Made by a program: the position numbers and the translations under genes | Assembly: GCA_041479415.1 (NCBI GenBank) | Contig: JBGOXY010000002.1 | Span: 1-36,593 of the forward strand | Length of the DNA: 36,593 nt | Source of the DNA: Anaerolineae bacterium | GTDB taxonomy: Bacteria; Chloroflexota; Anaerolineae; Anaerolineales; RBG-16-64-43 | Reading direction: 5' to 3' | Shown: positions 25,915-35,182 of the stretch, one piece after another | How the letters are laid out: every line of letters begins with the position of its first letter | Numbering within the stretch: position 1 is the stretch's first letter | Notes under the pieces: generated by a model | Databases searched by the model: none | Told to the model about the DNA's origin: nothing | The model's input: only the letters and a program-made list of their open reading frames with translations

Positions 25915-27489
25915 TCAATCGATATGCAGTGAGTAGCACTCCCGCTTCTGGCCGTTGACCTCGACTGAATACAGCCCTTTGCGCTCGGACACGCGGTATG
26001 CCGTGAGCGCCTGCGCCTCTGATTGCATCAGCCGCTGCGCGCGCCAGGCCGCCACCGTGAAGGATGGCCAGGGCCGCGTGCGCTCATCGCGTGCCTCCAA
26101 TGCGGCCCGGCAAGCGAGAACGCCGCCGACCTCCGCGTGCACCCAGCCCGAAAGGCTGCGGTGCAGAGAAACAAGCGCGGGAACAGAATCTTCCGAGAGG
26201 CTGGCCAGATAGCCTGTATCGAGTTTCTGCCCGGCCAACGCGCGCGCGACGTTTTGCCGAACGATGAAACCATCCACGTTGAGCGCCGCGAGCGAGAGGG
26301 CAAAGCCCAACGAGGCAACGAGGGTCACCATGGCAAAAATCCTCAGTCGCTGCATGAGATCGAGCGCTAGCAGCGCGATCAACCACGCCCCAAGCCAGAA
26401 GATGAAGACGTGAGTGTACGTGCGCAGGCGTGAGAAGCCATAGGCCGTTTCGTAAAGCTGCAGGCGCAAGTATGCCGAGACCAGGATGGCGATGACCAGC
26501 AGCACCAGCCCGGCGCCGAAGGCCGAGAACAGTCGCTGCTCACGCCGCTCGCCGCGCCGCGTGAGGCTGGTCAGGCCGAGGAACAACATTTGGCTGAGCA
26601 CCGCCACCGCCACGAGCTCGCCAAAGCCGCGCCGGGCATACTCCGAGTACGTGAAACCCTCCACTGTGATGTTGGCCTGGCCGCCGAACAAGTAGCGAAA
26701 TTGAATCGCAACGAAAACCGCGAAGAGCAAGTCGACGCTGGCCAGAATAATGGCGGCCTCGGTGAAGCCGAGGAAGCGCGGCAGCCACGGCTTCTCGAGC
26801 CCGATCAGTTTGTGCTCACGGCTCGAGAAGAGAGCGTAGGCGAACACCCCGACGAGCAAGAATGTGCCGACCAGGATGTAGGCCAGGCGGAAGATGTACT
26901 CGGGCAGGTTCTCGATGCGTAGGAATTTGAGCACCTGTTCCAGCCGGTTCGAGAACACCGGGTCCGCCGATGCCAAGAGAGCCGCAAACACGGCCAGGAT
27001 AGGCAGCGCGAGCAACACACCCCGTACGACGGCCCAGCCACGCGGCGCGCCGCGGCGAGGCTCGCCCGCGCTCACCCGCTGGGCCGGGCCTGCCTGCCAA
27101 AAGCGAATTGGCCCGGCGAGCGTGTCGAGCGCGAGGCGCAGGGCGCCCGCCGCGTAGTCGCTGACGCTGAAGCGCCACCAGGATCCGGCGATGAAAGAGT
27201 AAGCCAGCACGGCCATCAACCCTACGGTGGTGGCCGTGCTTAGGAAGAGGGTCATCGACTCGGCTCTTAGAAAGGTCAGCGAGGCAAAGGCCAGGATCAG
27301 CACGAGCAGCACCAGGTTGACCGGCGCCATGCGCACCCGCTCCCGCCACGCAAGCAGCAATCCACCGCCCAGACAGAGCAGGACGAAGATGGCGAACGAA
27401 ATGCCCGGGGCCTTCTTCCAGAAGAGCAGATCGAAAGACCAGGCCACGACCAGGGCGGTAATCCAGAAGCGGTTGGGCGATGTGCTCAT
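25915..27489 (-). CDS. Polytopic membrane protein of unknown function (resembles the DUF4153/DUF4173 class)
   Basis: 524 aa, at least 10 hydrophobic segments, GAGGAGG before the ATG at 27489. The family assignment is from memory of similar proteins and was not verified. Confidence 0.7.
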   Translation of the reverse strand: MSTSPNRFWITALVVAWSFDLLFWKKAPGISFAIFVLLCLGGGLLLAWRERVRMAPVNLVLLVLILAFASLTFLRAESMTLFLSTATTVGLMAVLAYSFIAGSWWRFSVSDYAAGALRLALDTLAGPIRFWQAGPAQRVSAGEPRRGAPRGWAVVRGVLLALPILAVFAALLASADPVFSNRLEQVLKFLRIENLPEYIFRLAYILVGTFLLVGVFAYALFSSREHKLIGLEKPWLPRFLGFTEAAIILASVDLLFAVFVAIQFRYLFGGQANITVEGFTYSEYARRGFGELVAVAVLSQMLFLGLTSLTRRGERREQRLFSAFGAGLVLLVIAILVSAYLRLQLYETAYGFSRLRTYTHVFIFWLGAWLIALLALDLMQRLRIFAMVTLVASLGFALSLAALNVDGFIVRQNVARALAGQKLDTGYLASLSEDSVPALVSLHRSLSGWVHAEVGGVLACRAALEARDERTRPWPSFTVAAWRAQRLMQSEAQALTAYRVSERKGLYSVEVNGQKRECYSLHID

Positions 27490-27745
27490 CCGAGCCTCCT
27501 CGACAATGGGGCACCGTGCCGGCAGGCACGGCGGCGCGGACGCCCCTGATCCCGGGCGTGCTGGATCATTCTAGGGCAGCCCCAGCGCCCAAGCCAGCCC
27601 TCGGCGCACACGGTTGGCGCACCCAAGTGCTTGACGAGGGCCCCGCCCGGGGGCATCGTGTAAAATCCAGGCACCCCGCGACAATCGCTGGCGAATTGCA
27701 CATCCCCCGGCCCGTGGTGGTGCTCCTCGGGCCGGCGGAGGCCGC

Positions 27746-28489
27746 ATGGAAAACTTGCTGCTCGTTGAAGACAGCCCCAACCTGCGCTCGGCGCTGCGTG
27801 AGGGGTTGGAACAAACCGGCGAAGTGCACGTCGTCCACGACGGGCCCAGCGGCGAAGAGGCGCTCGAGTACTGCTTGAGCCACGAGCCACCCTCGGCCGT
27901 GCTCATGGACGTTCAACTGGCCGGCCCCATGAACGGCATCGAAGCCGCGGTTTCGTTGCGGCGCGAGTTTCCCCGCCTGCCAGTTGTCTTCTATTCCATC
28001 CAGGATGACGAGACCTACTATCGCGCCTTCCGCACCGCCGGCATCCTCAGCCACTATGCCTATGTGCGCAAGTCGAACTACCTCCTGCCGGCGATGATCG
28101 TGCCTCTTCTGCGCGATGCGATCGCTGGCCGAAGCTTCATCGACCCGGAGATTGAGAGCCGGGTAGAAGAGGTACGCCACAAGGATGCCAACTCGCCGAT
28201 GGCACTGCTCGAACCGACCGAACAGGTGGTGGCGCGTATGCTGGCCGAGGGGCTGAGCAACGAGCAGATTGCGGCGCGGTTGGGCTTCCAGGATAAGCGC
28301 ACCATTAGCCGCATGAACGGGCAGATCTACGCCGCCTGGGGGCTCAGCCAGACGCCCGTCGATGAGAAGGTGGCCCGCACACGCGCCGCGCTCATTGTGC
28401 GCGAGGGGCGGCTGCTCACCTGGGATGAGGACGGCACGCCTCGCGCGATGGATGCACAGGGTCGATGGGTGATGCACAAATCCTCATGA
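27746..28489 (+). CDS. Response regulator, NarL/LuxR-type HTH output with a C-terminal extension
   Basis: REC domain (LLVEDSPNLRSAL ... AVLMDVQLAG ... YVRKS). LuxR-type HTH (LEPTEQVVARMLAEGLSNEQIAARLGFQDKRTISRMNGQIY). About 55 further residues follow the HTH. Confidence 0.88.
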   Translation: MENLLLVEDSPNLRSALREGLEQTGEVHVVHDGPSGEEALEYCLSHEPPSAVLMDVQLAGPMNGIEAAVSLRREFPRLPVVFYSIQDDETYYRAFRTAGILSHYAYVRKSNYLLPAMIVPLLRDAIAGRSFIDPEIESRVEEVRHKDANSPMALLEPTEQVVARMLAEGLSNEQIAARLGFQDKRTISRMNGQIYAAWGLSQTPVDEKVARTRAALIVREGRLLTWDEDGTPRAMDAQGRWVMHKSS

Positions 28490-30627
28490 GCGGCAACTGG
28501 CTCCTCGACGGAGCGATACTCTCCATCTCGCTCTTCAACACCATCACGCTTCTGTGGCTGGCGCTCACCGTGCTACTCAACGCGCAGCGCCGCACCTGGG
28601 GCGTGTGGCTGATCGGCCTGGGCCTGGCAGCCGGCGCGTTCTTCTTCGTGAGCCACGGGGTCATCGCCAGCCGGGGGCTGGAAGGCGATCTGGCCGCGCG
28701 CGATACGTGGTGGCATCTAGGCTGGGCGCCGGTGGCCGTCGCCCCCCTCTCGTGGTACGTCGCCATGCTGTGGTACTCCGGCTTGTGGGAGAAGCCCGCC
28801 GAGGCCCTGGCAGCCTGGCGTGGGTTGCGCCGCTGGCACAGCCTCGGCCTGCTGCTGGCGGGTGTGGGGTGCACCCTTGTCCTGGTGCTTCTCGTGCGCT
28901 CCAACCCGCTACCCAACTACGCCGGGCTGAGCCAACTGCGCCTCTTGCCCGCGCTCTCACTGGCCGGCGTGCCGCTCCTGGTATGGACCTACGCCGCCTA
29001 CATGGCCGTCTGCATTCTGCTTGCCCTGGATGCGCTGCGCCGGCCGGGACCCACCCGGCGCGTGATGGGCCAGCAGGCACGCCACCGCGCACGACCGTGG
29101 CTGGTGGCCACCTCGCTCACGCTGCTCTCGGTGAGCCTGCTGGTTACCTGGGCCATGCTCGCCATCGTGCGCCACATCGAAACTCCCGGCAGCCCGCCCG
29201 AGGCGCTCGCCCTGCTCGTCGCTCGCTTCGACCTGGGCATTGCCTTTCTGCTCGGCTACGCTGTGACGCTGCTCGGCCAGGCCATCACCTCTTACGAAGT
29301 GTTCACCGGCAAAGCCCTGCCGCGCAACGTCATGCGCCGTCAGTGGTACCTCTTACTCATGATGGGCGCCGTGTTTGCGCTCACGCTGGGTTTTGCCGTC
29401 GCCTTAAGGTTGCCTTCCATCTACACAGCTCTCGCCGGGGCCGCGCTCGCGGTGGGTTTGTACGCCCTGCTCACCTGGCGCACCTTCGTCGAGCGCGAGG
29501 CGCTCATCCACCGCCTGCGTCCTTTCCTCTCCAGCCCGCGGGTTATCGAGCGCCTGCTGCATGAGGGCGCCGCCGGCTCGGCACAGCGCGAACTGGCCGA
29601 ACCATTCCGTGCGTTGTGCCAGGAAGTGCTCGACACGCGGCAAGCCTATCTCTTCGCCGCCGGGCCGTTGGCAAACTTCGCCGGCGAGATGTTCACCTTT
29701 CCGCCGGCCGCCACGGCATTGCCGGCCGGCACCACACGCGCACTTGAAGCGCAGGCGGCTGCGCTGGGGTCGAGCGCGCTATACCTGCCGCTCGACCCGC
29801 TGCGTGCCTCCGGATGCGAGTGGGCCATCCCTTTGTGGAGCGAGGGCGGCCTGGCCGGGCTGCTGGTGCTGGGGGCGAGGACGAATGGCGCACCGTACAC
29901 GCAGGAGGAATTCGAGGCGGCGCGCGCGGCGGCCGAGCGCCTGCTCGACACTCGGGCCACGGCCACGATGGCCGAGCGTCTGATGGCGCTGCAACGTGAA
30001 CGCCTTGCGGAAGTGCAGGTGATCGATCAGCGCACGCGCCAGGCCCTGCACGACGACGTCTTGCCGGTGCTGCACACCGCCATCCTGTTGCTCAGCGCAC
30101 CCACGGCCGCCTCGCCGGCCTCAGCCGAGGTGGTGCGGCTTCTGGGTGATACTCACCGCCGCCTGTCGCAAGTCATCCGCGAGATTCCCGTGTCGAGCAT
30201 GGTGGAAGTGCGCCGCCTAGGGCTGTTCGGCGCGCTGCGCAGAGCGGCCGAGCTCGAACTGGGCGATTCATTTGCCGGGATTGAATGGGCCATCAGCACT
30301 GAGGCCGAAGCGCGCAGCCGCGAGCTGGCGCCGGTGGTGATCGAGGTGCTCTTCCTGGCAGCGCGCGAGGCCATGCGTAACGCGGCCCATCACGGTCGCG
30401 GCCCCGATGCCATGCGCCCGCTCACCCTGCGTATGGCCGCCGAAGCAGGGCCAGGCCTGACTTTGAGCGTTGCCGATGACGGCGTGGGGCTGGAGGGCGC
30501 AGCGTATCCCCCCGACGCGGGCCATGGGTTGGCGCTGCACTCAACCCTCATGGCCATCGTCGGCGGAACGCTCGAAGTTGACTCCTCCGCTGCCGGCACG
30601 TCCGTGCGGTTGCACCTTCCCCGCTGA
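28486..30627 (+). CDS. Polytopic sensor histidine kinase (HisKA_3-type, NarL-family partner)
   Basis: About 10 N-terminal TM segments, H-box-like QALHDDVLPVLH, ATPase boxes REAMRNAAHHG, DDGVGL, GHGLALH. Start set at ATG 28486 (ATGA overlap with the regulator gene). Confidence 0.84.
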   Translation: MSGNWLLDGAILSISLFNTITLLWLALTVLLNAQRRTWGVWLIGLGLAAGAFFFVSHGVIASRGLEGDLAARDTWWHLGWAPVAVAPLSWYVAMLWYSGLWEKPAEALAAWRGLRRWHSLGLLLAGVGCTLVLVLLVRSNPLPNYAGLSQLRLLPALSLAGVPLLVWTYAAYMAVCILLALDALRRPGPTRRVMGQQARHRARPWLVATSLTLLSVSLLVTWAMLAIVRHIETPGSPPEALALLVARFDLGIAFLLGYAVTLLGQAITSYEVFTGKALPRNVMRRQWYLLLMMGAVFALTLGFAVALRLPSIYTALAGAALAVGLYALLTWRTFVEREALIHRLRPFLSSPRVIERLLHEGAAGSAQRELAEPFRALCQEVLDTRQAYLFAAGPLANFAGEMFTFPPAATALPAGTTRALEAQAAALGSSALYLPLDPLRASGCEWAIPLWSEGGLAGLLVLGARTNGAPYTQEEFEAARAAAERLLDTRATATMAERLMALQRERLAEVQVIDQRTRQALHDDVLPVLHTAILLLSAPTAASPASAEVVRLLGDTHRRLSQVIREIPVSSMVEVRRLGLFGALRRAAELELGDSFAGIEWAISTEAEARSRELAPVVIEVLFLAAREAMRNAAHHGRGPDAMRPLTLRMAAEAGPGLTLSVADDGVGLEGAAYPPDAGHGLALHSTLMAIVGGTLEVDSSAAGTSVRLHLPR

Positions 30628-30692
30628 AGCGCAGCCCGCCCGTTTCGCGCCACGTTTTTCACTGCCCCGATGACAGCTTCCGATGAGGGCAC

Positions 30693-30701
30693 TGCTATAA
30701 T
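30693..30701 (+). promoter_or_regulatory. Extended -10 promoter TGCTATAAT, apparently producing a leaderless mRNA
   Basis: TGC-TATAAT (30693-30701). Only 6 nt separate the -10 hexamer from the ATG at 30708, and no SD is present in between. Confidence 0.5.
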
Positions 30702-30707
30702 CACGGC

Positions 30708-31253
30708 ATGAGCCAGCCCACGCCTTCCACCTCACCCGGCGGCACCCCGGCTTATCGTGAACTGCTGACAAGCTCGTTGTTGATGGGTCTGGGGGGCTGG
30801 GCGCTCATTGCCGCGCTCGTCTTTCTCGTCACGCCCACCCTCGGCCCGCGCTGGGCGTTCTTCTTCGCGCTCTTCATCGCCCTGGTGGGCACCTCCATTC
30901 CGCTGCTGTGGTACCTCAATCGCCGTTTCTCGCCCGATCCATTCCCGAGCCCAGGCGTGCTATGGCGCGAGGCCGTGGAAGTCGGCGTCTGGGGGTTGTT
31001 CCTTGTTTGGCTACGCGTCGGGCGCCTGCTCACCCCCTTTGCCGCATGGACGCTGACCGGCGCTGTCTTCGCCGTGGAGCTCCTGCTGCGCCTGTATGAG
31101 CGCAGCCGATGGGCGCCATCGACCTCTTTGCCTTCGCCCGCGGCCCCTGTGGAAGCAACGCCCCCGGCCGAGGCGGCCGAGCCGCCGACGGCATCGCTCG
31201 TCACGCCACCTTTCATCGACGATGAGTTGGATTCGGACGATTCGCCCGCATGA
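30708..31253 (+). CDS. Membrane protein of unknown function (4 TM segments, acidic Pro-rich tail)
   Basis: 181 aa with hydrophobic segments and a C-terminal PPFIDDELDSDDSPA. Its stop overlaps the selA start (ATGA). Confidence 0.62.
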   Translation: MSQPTPSTSPGGTPAYRELLTSSLLMGLGGWALIAALVFLVTPTLGPRWAFFFALFIALVGTSIPLLWYLNRRFSPDPFPSPGVLWREAVEVGVWGLFLVWLRVGRLLTPFAAWTLTGAVFAVELLLRLYERSRWAPSTSLPSPAAPVEATPPAEAAEPPTASLVTPPFIDDELDSDDSPA

Positions 31254-32629
31254 GCCTGCGCGAGCTTCCCTCGGTTGATGTGCTTCTGCAGCAGCCCCAC
31301 ACGCGCCGCCTGACCGAGGCCTACGGGCGCGATCTCACCCTGGATGCGTTGCGCAGCGCGCTGCAAGGCGCGCGGGATGCCGTACGCGCCGGGCAACCCG
31401 TTCCTTCGGCCGAGGTGCTCCTCGAAAGCGCACAACGGAACCTGGCCGAGTGGACCGCTCCCAGCCTGGTGCCGGTGATTAATGCCACCGGCGTCATCCT
31501 GCACACCAACCTCGGCCGCGCGCCGCTCAGCGCCTCCGCCCTGCGCGCCATGCAGCAGGTGGCACAGGGCTACGCCACCCTCGAATACGACCTGCCCTCC
31601 GGCCAGCGGGGCACGCGCACGGTGCACGCCGAACGTTTGCTCACCCGCCTCACCGGCGCTGAAGCCGCACTGGTCGTCAACAACAACGCCGGCGCTGTGC
31701 TGCTCGCGCTCACCGCCCTCGCCAAGGGGCGCGAGGTGATCATTGCCCGCTCGCAGCTGGTCGAGGTTGGCGGGGGGTTCCGCATCCCGGATGTCATGCG
31801 CCAGTCGGGCGCGCGCCTGGTCGAGGTTGGTACAAGCAATCGCACGCACCCGGCCGACTTCAAAGAAGCACTCGGCGCGCGCACAGCAATGCTGCTGCGT
31901 GCGCACCATTCGAACTTCCGCCTGGTCGGGTTCACGAGTGAGCCGACACTGGCCGAGATGGCGGACGTGGCGGCGGCCCATCAGGTGCCTGTGGTGGACG
32001 ACCTGGGCTCGGGTGCGCTACTCGATACCGCAGCCTTCGGATTGGGCCACGAACCCATGGTCCAGGAATCGCTCGCGGCGGGCGCAGCGCTGGTGATGTT
32101 CTCGGGCGATAAACTGCTGGGCGGCCCGCAAGCCGGAATCCTGGTCGGGCACGAGGTGTTGATGGCACGCCTGCGCAAGCATCCGCTAGCGCGCGCGCTG
32201 CGCGCAGACAAGCTGTGCCTGGCGGCGCTGGAAGCCACGCTGCTCCACTATGCCCGCGGTGAGGCCCTTCAGGCGCTGCCCGTGTGGCAGATGATCGCCG
32301 CGCCGCTCACCACGCTGCGCGTGCGCGCCGAGCGCTGGGCGGCCGAGCTCGGACAGGGGCAGGCGATCGAGAGCCGCTCCACCGTGGGCGGCGGCAGCCT
32401 GCCCGAAGAAACGCTGCCCACCTGGGCGCTGGCCCTCTCGCTGCCCAAGCCGCAGACGGTGCTCGCGCGCCTTCGCCAGGCGAGCCCGCCGATCATCGCC
32501 CGCGTGGAGGAGCAGCGCGTGCTGCTCGACCCGCGCACTGTCTTGCCGGATCAGGATGAGATGCTCCTGCGCCAGCTGGCCGAGGCGCTTGCGGCCTCCG
32601 CTACCACACAGAAAGGGAAGGCGTCATGA
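31250..32629 (+). CDS. selA: L-seryl-tRNA(Sec) selenium transferase
   Basis: 459 aa with INATGVILHTNLGRAPLS, LEYDL..G.RG.R, NNNAGAVLLAL, LVEVGGGFRIPDV, and the PLP-lysine motif FSGDKLLGGPQAGI. Confidence 0.92.
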   Translation: MSLRELPSVDVLLQQPHTRRLTEAYGRDLTLDALRSALQGARDAVRAGQPVPSAEVLLESAQRNLAEWTAPSLVPVINATGVILHTNLGRAPLSASALRAMQQVAQGYATLEYDLPSGQRGTRTVHAERLLTRLTGAEAALVVNNNAGAVLLALTALAKGREVIIARSQLVEVGGGFRIPDVMRQSGARLVEVGTSNRTHPADFKEALGARTAMLLRAHHSNFRLVGFTSEPTLAEMADVAAAHQVPVVDDLGSGALLDTAAFGLGHEPMVQESLAAGAALVMFSGDKLLGGPQAGILVGHEVLMARLRKHPLARALRADKLCLAALEATLLHYARGEALQALPVWQMIAAPLTTLRVRAERWAAELGQGQAIESRSTVGGGSLPEETLPTWALALSLPKPQTVLARLRQASPPIIARVEEQRVLLDPRTVLPDQDEMLLRQLAEALAASATTQKGKAS

Positions 32630-33963
32630 AATCGGACCTCGATCGGTTGATGGGCGAACGCAACCTCGACGGCCTGTGGGTCACCGGCCCGGGATTGCAC
32701 AACCCGGCCATGAGCTATTTCACCGGCCTCGCGCATCTCACCCGCGCCGACCTGGTGAAGCCGCGCGGGCAGGAACCTGTGCTCTACTACTTCGCGATGG
32801 AACGCGACAACGCGATAGCCACCGGGCTGCGCACCAAGAATATCAACGACTACGACCCACTGCGCCTGCTGCGCGAGGCGCGCGGCAACCGGGCGCGCGC
32901 CATGGCCGCTCGACTTAAGCTCAGCTTTGAAGATCTCGGCTTGCGCGGGCGGGTCGGCGTCTACGGCACGGTGGATGCTGCGCTGCCGTTGGCCGTGGCG
33001 AAGGAATTACATTCGCACATGCCCGAGGTGACGCTGGTCGGCGAGGGTGAAGACACGCTGCTCATCGCCGCGCGCGCCACCAAGGACGAGGCGGAGATCG
33101 AGCGCATCCGCCAGGTGGGGCGCGCCACGACCGCCGTCATGGCGCGTACCGCCGAGTACCTCACCACGCGCCGCGTGCGCGGGGATACCCTCCTGCGCGA
33201 AGACGGCCAGGTGCTGGCCGTGCGCGACGTCAAGGCGCGCATCACGGCCTGGTGTATGGAACTCGGTCTGGAAGACAGCGAAGGAGTCATCTTCGCCATC
33301 GGGCGCGACGGCGGCGTACCCCACTCCAGCGGCAAGCCGGACGATCCGATTCGCACCGGCCAGCCGATCGTCTTCGACTTCTTCCCGCAGGAGAGTGGCG
33401 GGGGCTACTTCTACGACATCACCCGCACCTGGTGCCTGGATCATGCCCCGCAGGAGGTCGAAGAACTCTACCGGCAGGTGCAGGGCGCCTATCAACTGGC
33501 GCTCGATAGCTTCACACCCGGCATGCTATGCCGCTTTGCCCAGCGCCGTGTGTGCGAGTACTTCGAAGCCCTGGGACACCCAACCTTGCTCAGCAACACG
33601 ACCACCGAGGTGGGTTATGTGCATACACTGGGGCACGGCGTCGGGCTGAACATTCACGAGAGCCCGGCCTTCACCGACATCGAGCAGAACAACGACCGCC
33701 TCGAGCCGGGCATGGTTTTCACCCTCGAGCCGGGGTTGTACTACCCGGAGCGCGGAATGGGCGTGCGCCTGGAGGACACATTGGTGATCGGGCGCGACGC
33801 GCGGATCGAGGTGCTGGCTGAGTATCCGATGGACTTGGTGCTGCCGATGCGCAAAGCCGTGCGGGCGGGCGCCTCGCGCGCCAGGCCTGCCAAGCCTGCC
33901 TCGGCCAAGCCCGCCCGCACGATCAAACGCGCAACCGGGCGCGCCAAACCACGCCGCCGCTGA
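32626..33963 (+). CDS. M24-family Xaa-Pro aminopeptidase/dipeptidase with a basic C-terminal tail
   Basis: Pita-bread-fold metal ligand motifs (VFDFF..., HTLGHGVGLNIHESP, FTLEPGLY, VRLEDTLVI). ATGA overlap with selA. The last 37 residues are Arg/Lys/Ala/Pro-rich. Confidence 0.88.
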   Translation: MKSDLDRLMGERNLDGLWVTGPGLHNPAMSYFTGLAHLTRADLVKPRGQEPVLYYFAMERDNAIATGLRTKNINDYDPLRLLREARGNRARAMAARLKLSFEDLGLRGRVGVYGTVDAALPLAVAKELHSHMPEVTLVGEGEDTLLIAARATKDEAEIERIRQVGRATTAVMARTAEYLTTRRVRGDTLLREDGQVLAVRDVKARITAWCMELGLEDSEGVIFAIGRDGGVPHSSGKPDDPIRTGQPIVFDFFPQESGGGYFYDITRTWCLDHAPQEVEELYRQVQGAYQLALDSFTPGMLCRFAQRRVCEYFEALGHPTLLSNTTTEVGYVHTLGHGVGLNIHESPAFTDIEQNNDRLEPGMVFTLEPGLYYPERGMGVRLEDTLVIGRDARIEVLAEYPMDLVLPMRKAVRAGASRARPAKPASAKPARTIKRATGRAKPRRR

Positions 33964-33980
33964 CCGCCTGCGCCGAATGA

Positions 33981-35060
33981 GTGCCGCCGATGCCTGAGAA
34001 GAAGAGCAAAGGAAGACCTGAACCCGTCCGCGTGCTGGGCATCGAAACCTCGTGCGACGAGACCGCGGCTGCGGTCGTCGAGGACGGTCGCATCATCCAT
34101 TCCAACATCATCGCCTCCCAGGTTGAACTGCACGCGCCCTACGGGGGCGTCTTCCCCGAAGTCGCCGCACGCCGTCACATCGAGGTCATCGGGCCGGTGA
34201 TCACACAGGCGCTGAGCCAGGCCCACATTGGAGTGAGCGACCTGGATGCGATAGCCGCCACGCGCGGCCCGGGCCTGGCCGGGTCGTTGGTCATCGGGCT
34301 TAACGCGGCCAAAGGCCTGGCGCTGGGTGCCGGGCTGCCGCTGATCGGAGTCAACCATCTCGAAGCGCATATCTATTCGCTCTTCCTGCTCGACGACACC
34401 CATCCGGTGACCTTCCCGGTGGTGTGCCTGATCGTGTCGGGCGGGCATACCGAGATCATTCTCATGCTCGATCACGGCCGCTACCGCCGATTGGGCGCGA
34501 CCCTGGATGATGCAGCCGGAGAGGCTTTCGACAAAGTGGCTCGCCTGCTGGGCCTGCCTTATCCCGGCGGCCCGGTCATCGAACAGGTGGCGCGCAACGG
34601 GCGGGCTGAGGCCTATCGCTTCCCGCGCGCCTGGTTGGAGGGAACTTACGATTTCAGCTTCAGCGGCCTGAAGACCGCCGTGCTGCGTGTGGTGCGCAAG
34701 CTGCAACCCGAACTGAAGGCAGGCCTCGAGCCGCCGCGGCCCGGGTTGCCCATCCCCGATCTGGCGGCTTCGTTCCAGGCAGCCGTCGTGGACGTGCTGG
34801 TGACCAAGGCGGTGCAAGCGGTGAAAGAGTTCGAAGCGACGCAGCTCTTCGTGGCGGGCGGGGTCTCGGCCAACGTCGCCCTGCGCGAGGCGCTGCGCGC
34901 TGCTTCGCCTTGCCCAGTGCGCACTCCCACGCCCGATCTGTGCACCGACAATGCCGCGATGATTGCGGCTGCCGGCACGGCGCGCTTCCTCGCCGGCCAA
35001 CGCGATTCCATGGATATCGACGTATTCCCTGGGTGGACGCTGGAGACTCTCAGTGGGTAA
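33981..35060 (+). CDS. tsaD: tRNA N6-adenosine threonylcarbamoyltransferase
   Basis: VLGIETSCDETAAAVV ... HAPYGGVFPEVAARRH ... GVNHLEAH ... VSGGHT ... GGVSAN is the Kae1/TsaD signature. The ORF-track start is the GTG at 33981; ATG 33990 is an equally plausible start. Confidence 0.92.
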   Translation: MPPMPEKKSKGRPEPVRVLGIETSCDETAAAVVEDGRIIHSNIIASQVELHAPYGGVFPEVAARRHIEVIGPVITQALSQAHIGVSDLDAIAATRGPGLAGSLVIGLNAAKGLALGAGLPLIGVNHLEAHIYSLFLLDDTHPVTFPVVCLIVSGGHTEIILMLDHGRYRRLGATLDDAAGEAFDKVARLLGLPYPGGPVIEQVARNGRAEAYRFPRAWLEGTYDFSFSGLKTAVLRVVRKLQPELKAGLEPPRPGLPIPDLAASFQAAVVDVLVTKAVQAVKEFEATQLFVAGGVSANVALREALRAASPCPVRTPTPDLCTDNAAMIAAAGTARFLAGQRDSMDIDVFPGWTLETLSG

Positions 35061-35078
35061 GACGTAGGGCGAACGGCA

Positions 35079-35107
35079 TTGACACGCCCTGCGCGAGGTT
35101 TTATACT
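35079..35107 (+). promoter_or_regulatory. Near-consensus sigma-70 promoter TTGACA-17-TATACT
   Basis: TTGACA (35079-35084), 17-nt spacer, TATACT (35102-35107), starting 19 nt after the tsaD stop. Confidence 0.65.
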
Positions 35108-35141
35108 TAAGAGGTAAGGTCGAACGAGGAGGAAAACCGCC

Positions 35142-35180
35142 ATGAGCGGACTGGCACACGGCACGAGGCTCACCGGCTGA
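35142..35180 (+). CDS. 12-codon mini-ORF (MSGLAHGTRLTG), candidate leader peptide
   Basis: ATG preceded by GAGGAGG (35126-35132) with a 9-nt spacer. The stop TGA (35178-35180) lies 2 nt before the 5' arm of the terminator. Too short for composition-based support. Confidence 0.3.
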   Translation: MSGLAHGTRLTG

Positions 35181-35182
35181 CG

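Noticed and set aside
27631-27666. TTGACG ... TAAAAT as a promoter for the response regulator gene
   Set aside because: The spacer is 24 nt, far outside the 16-19 nt range. The TG preceding TAAAAT is directly adjacent rather than in extended -10 register.
30752-31981. 409-aa minus-strand ORF (also 33741-35159 minus, 27566-28477 minus, 35534-36391 plus)
   Set aside because: These are antisense to selA, tsaD/pepP, the response regulator and ccmC respectively. They are the same GC-driven artefact.
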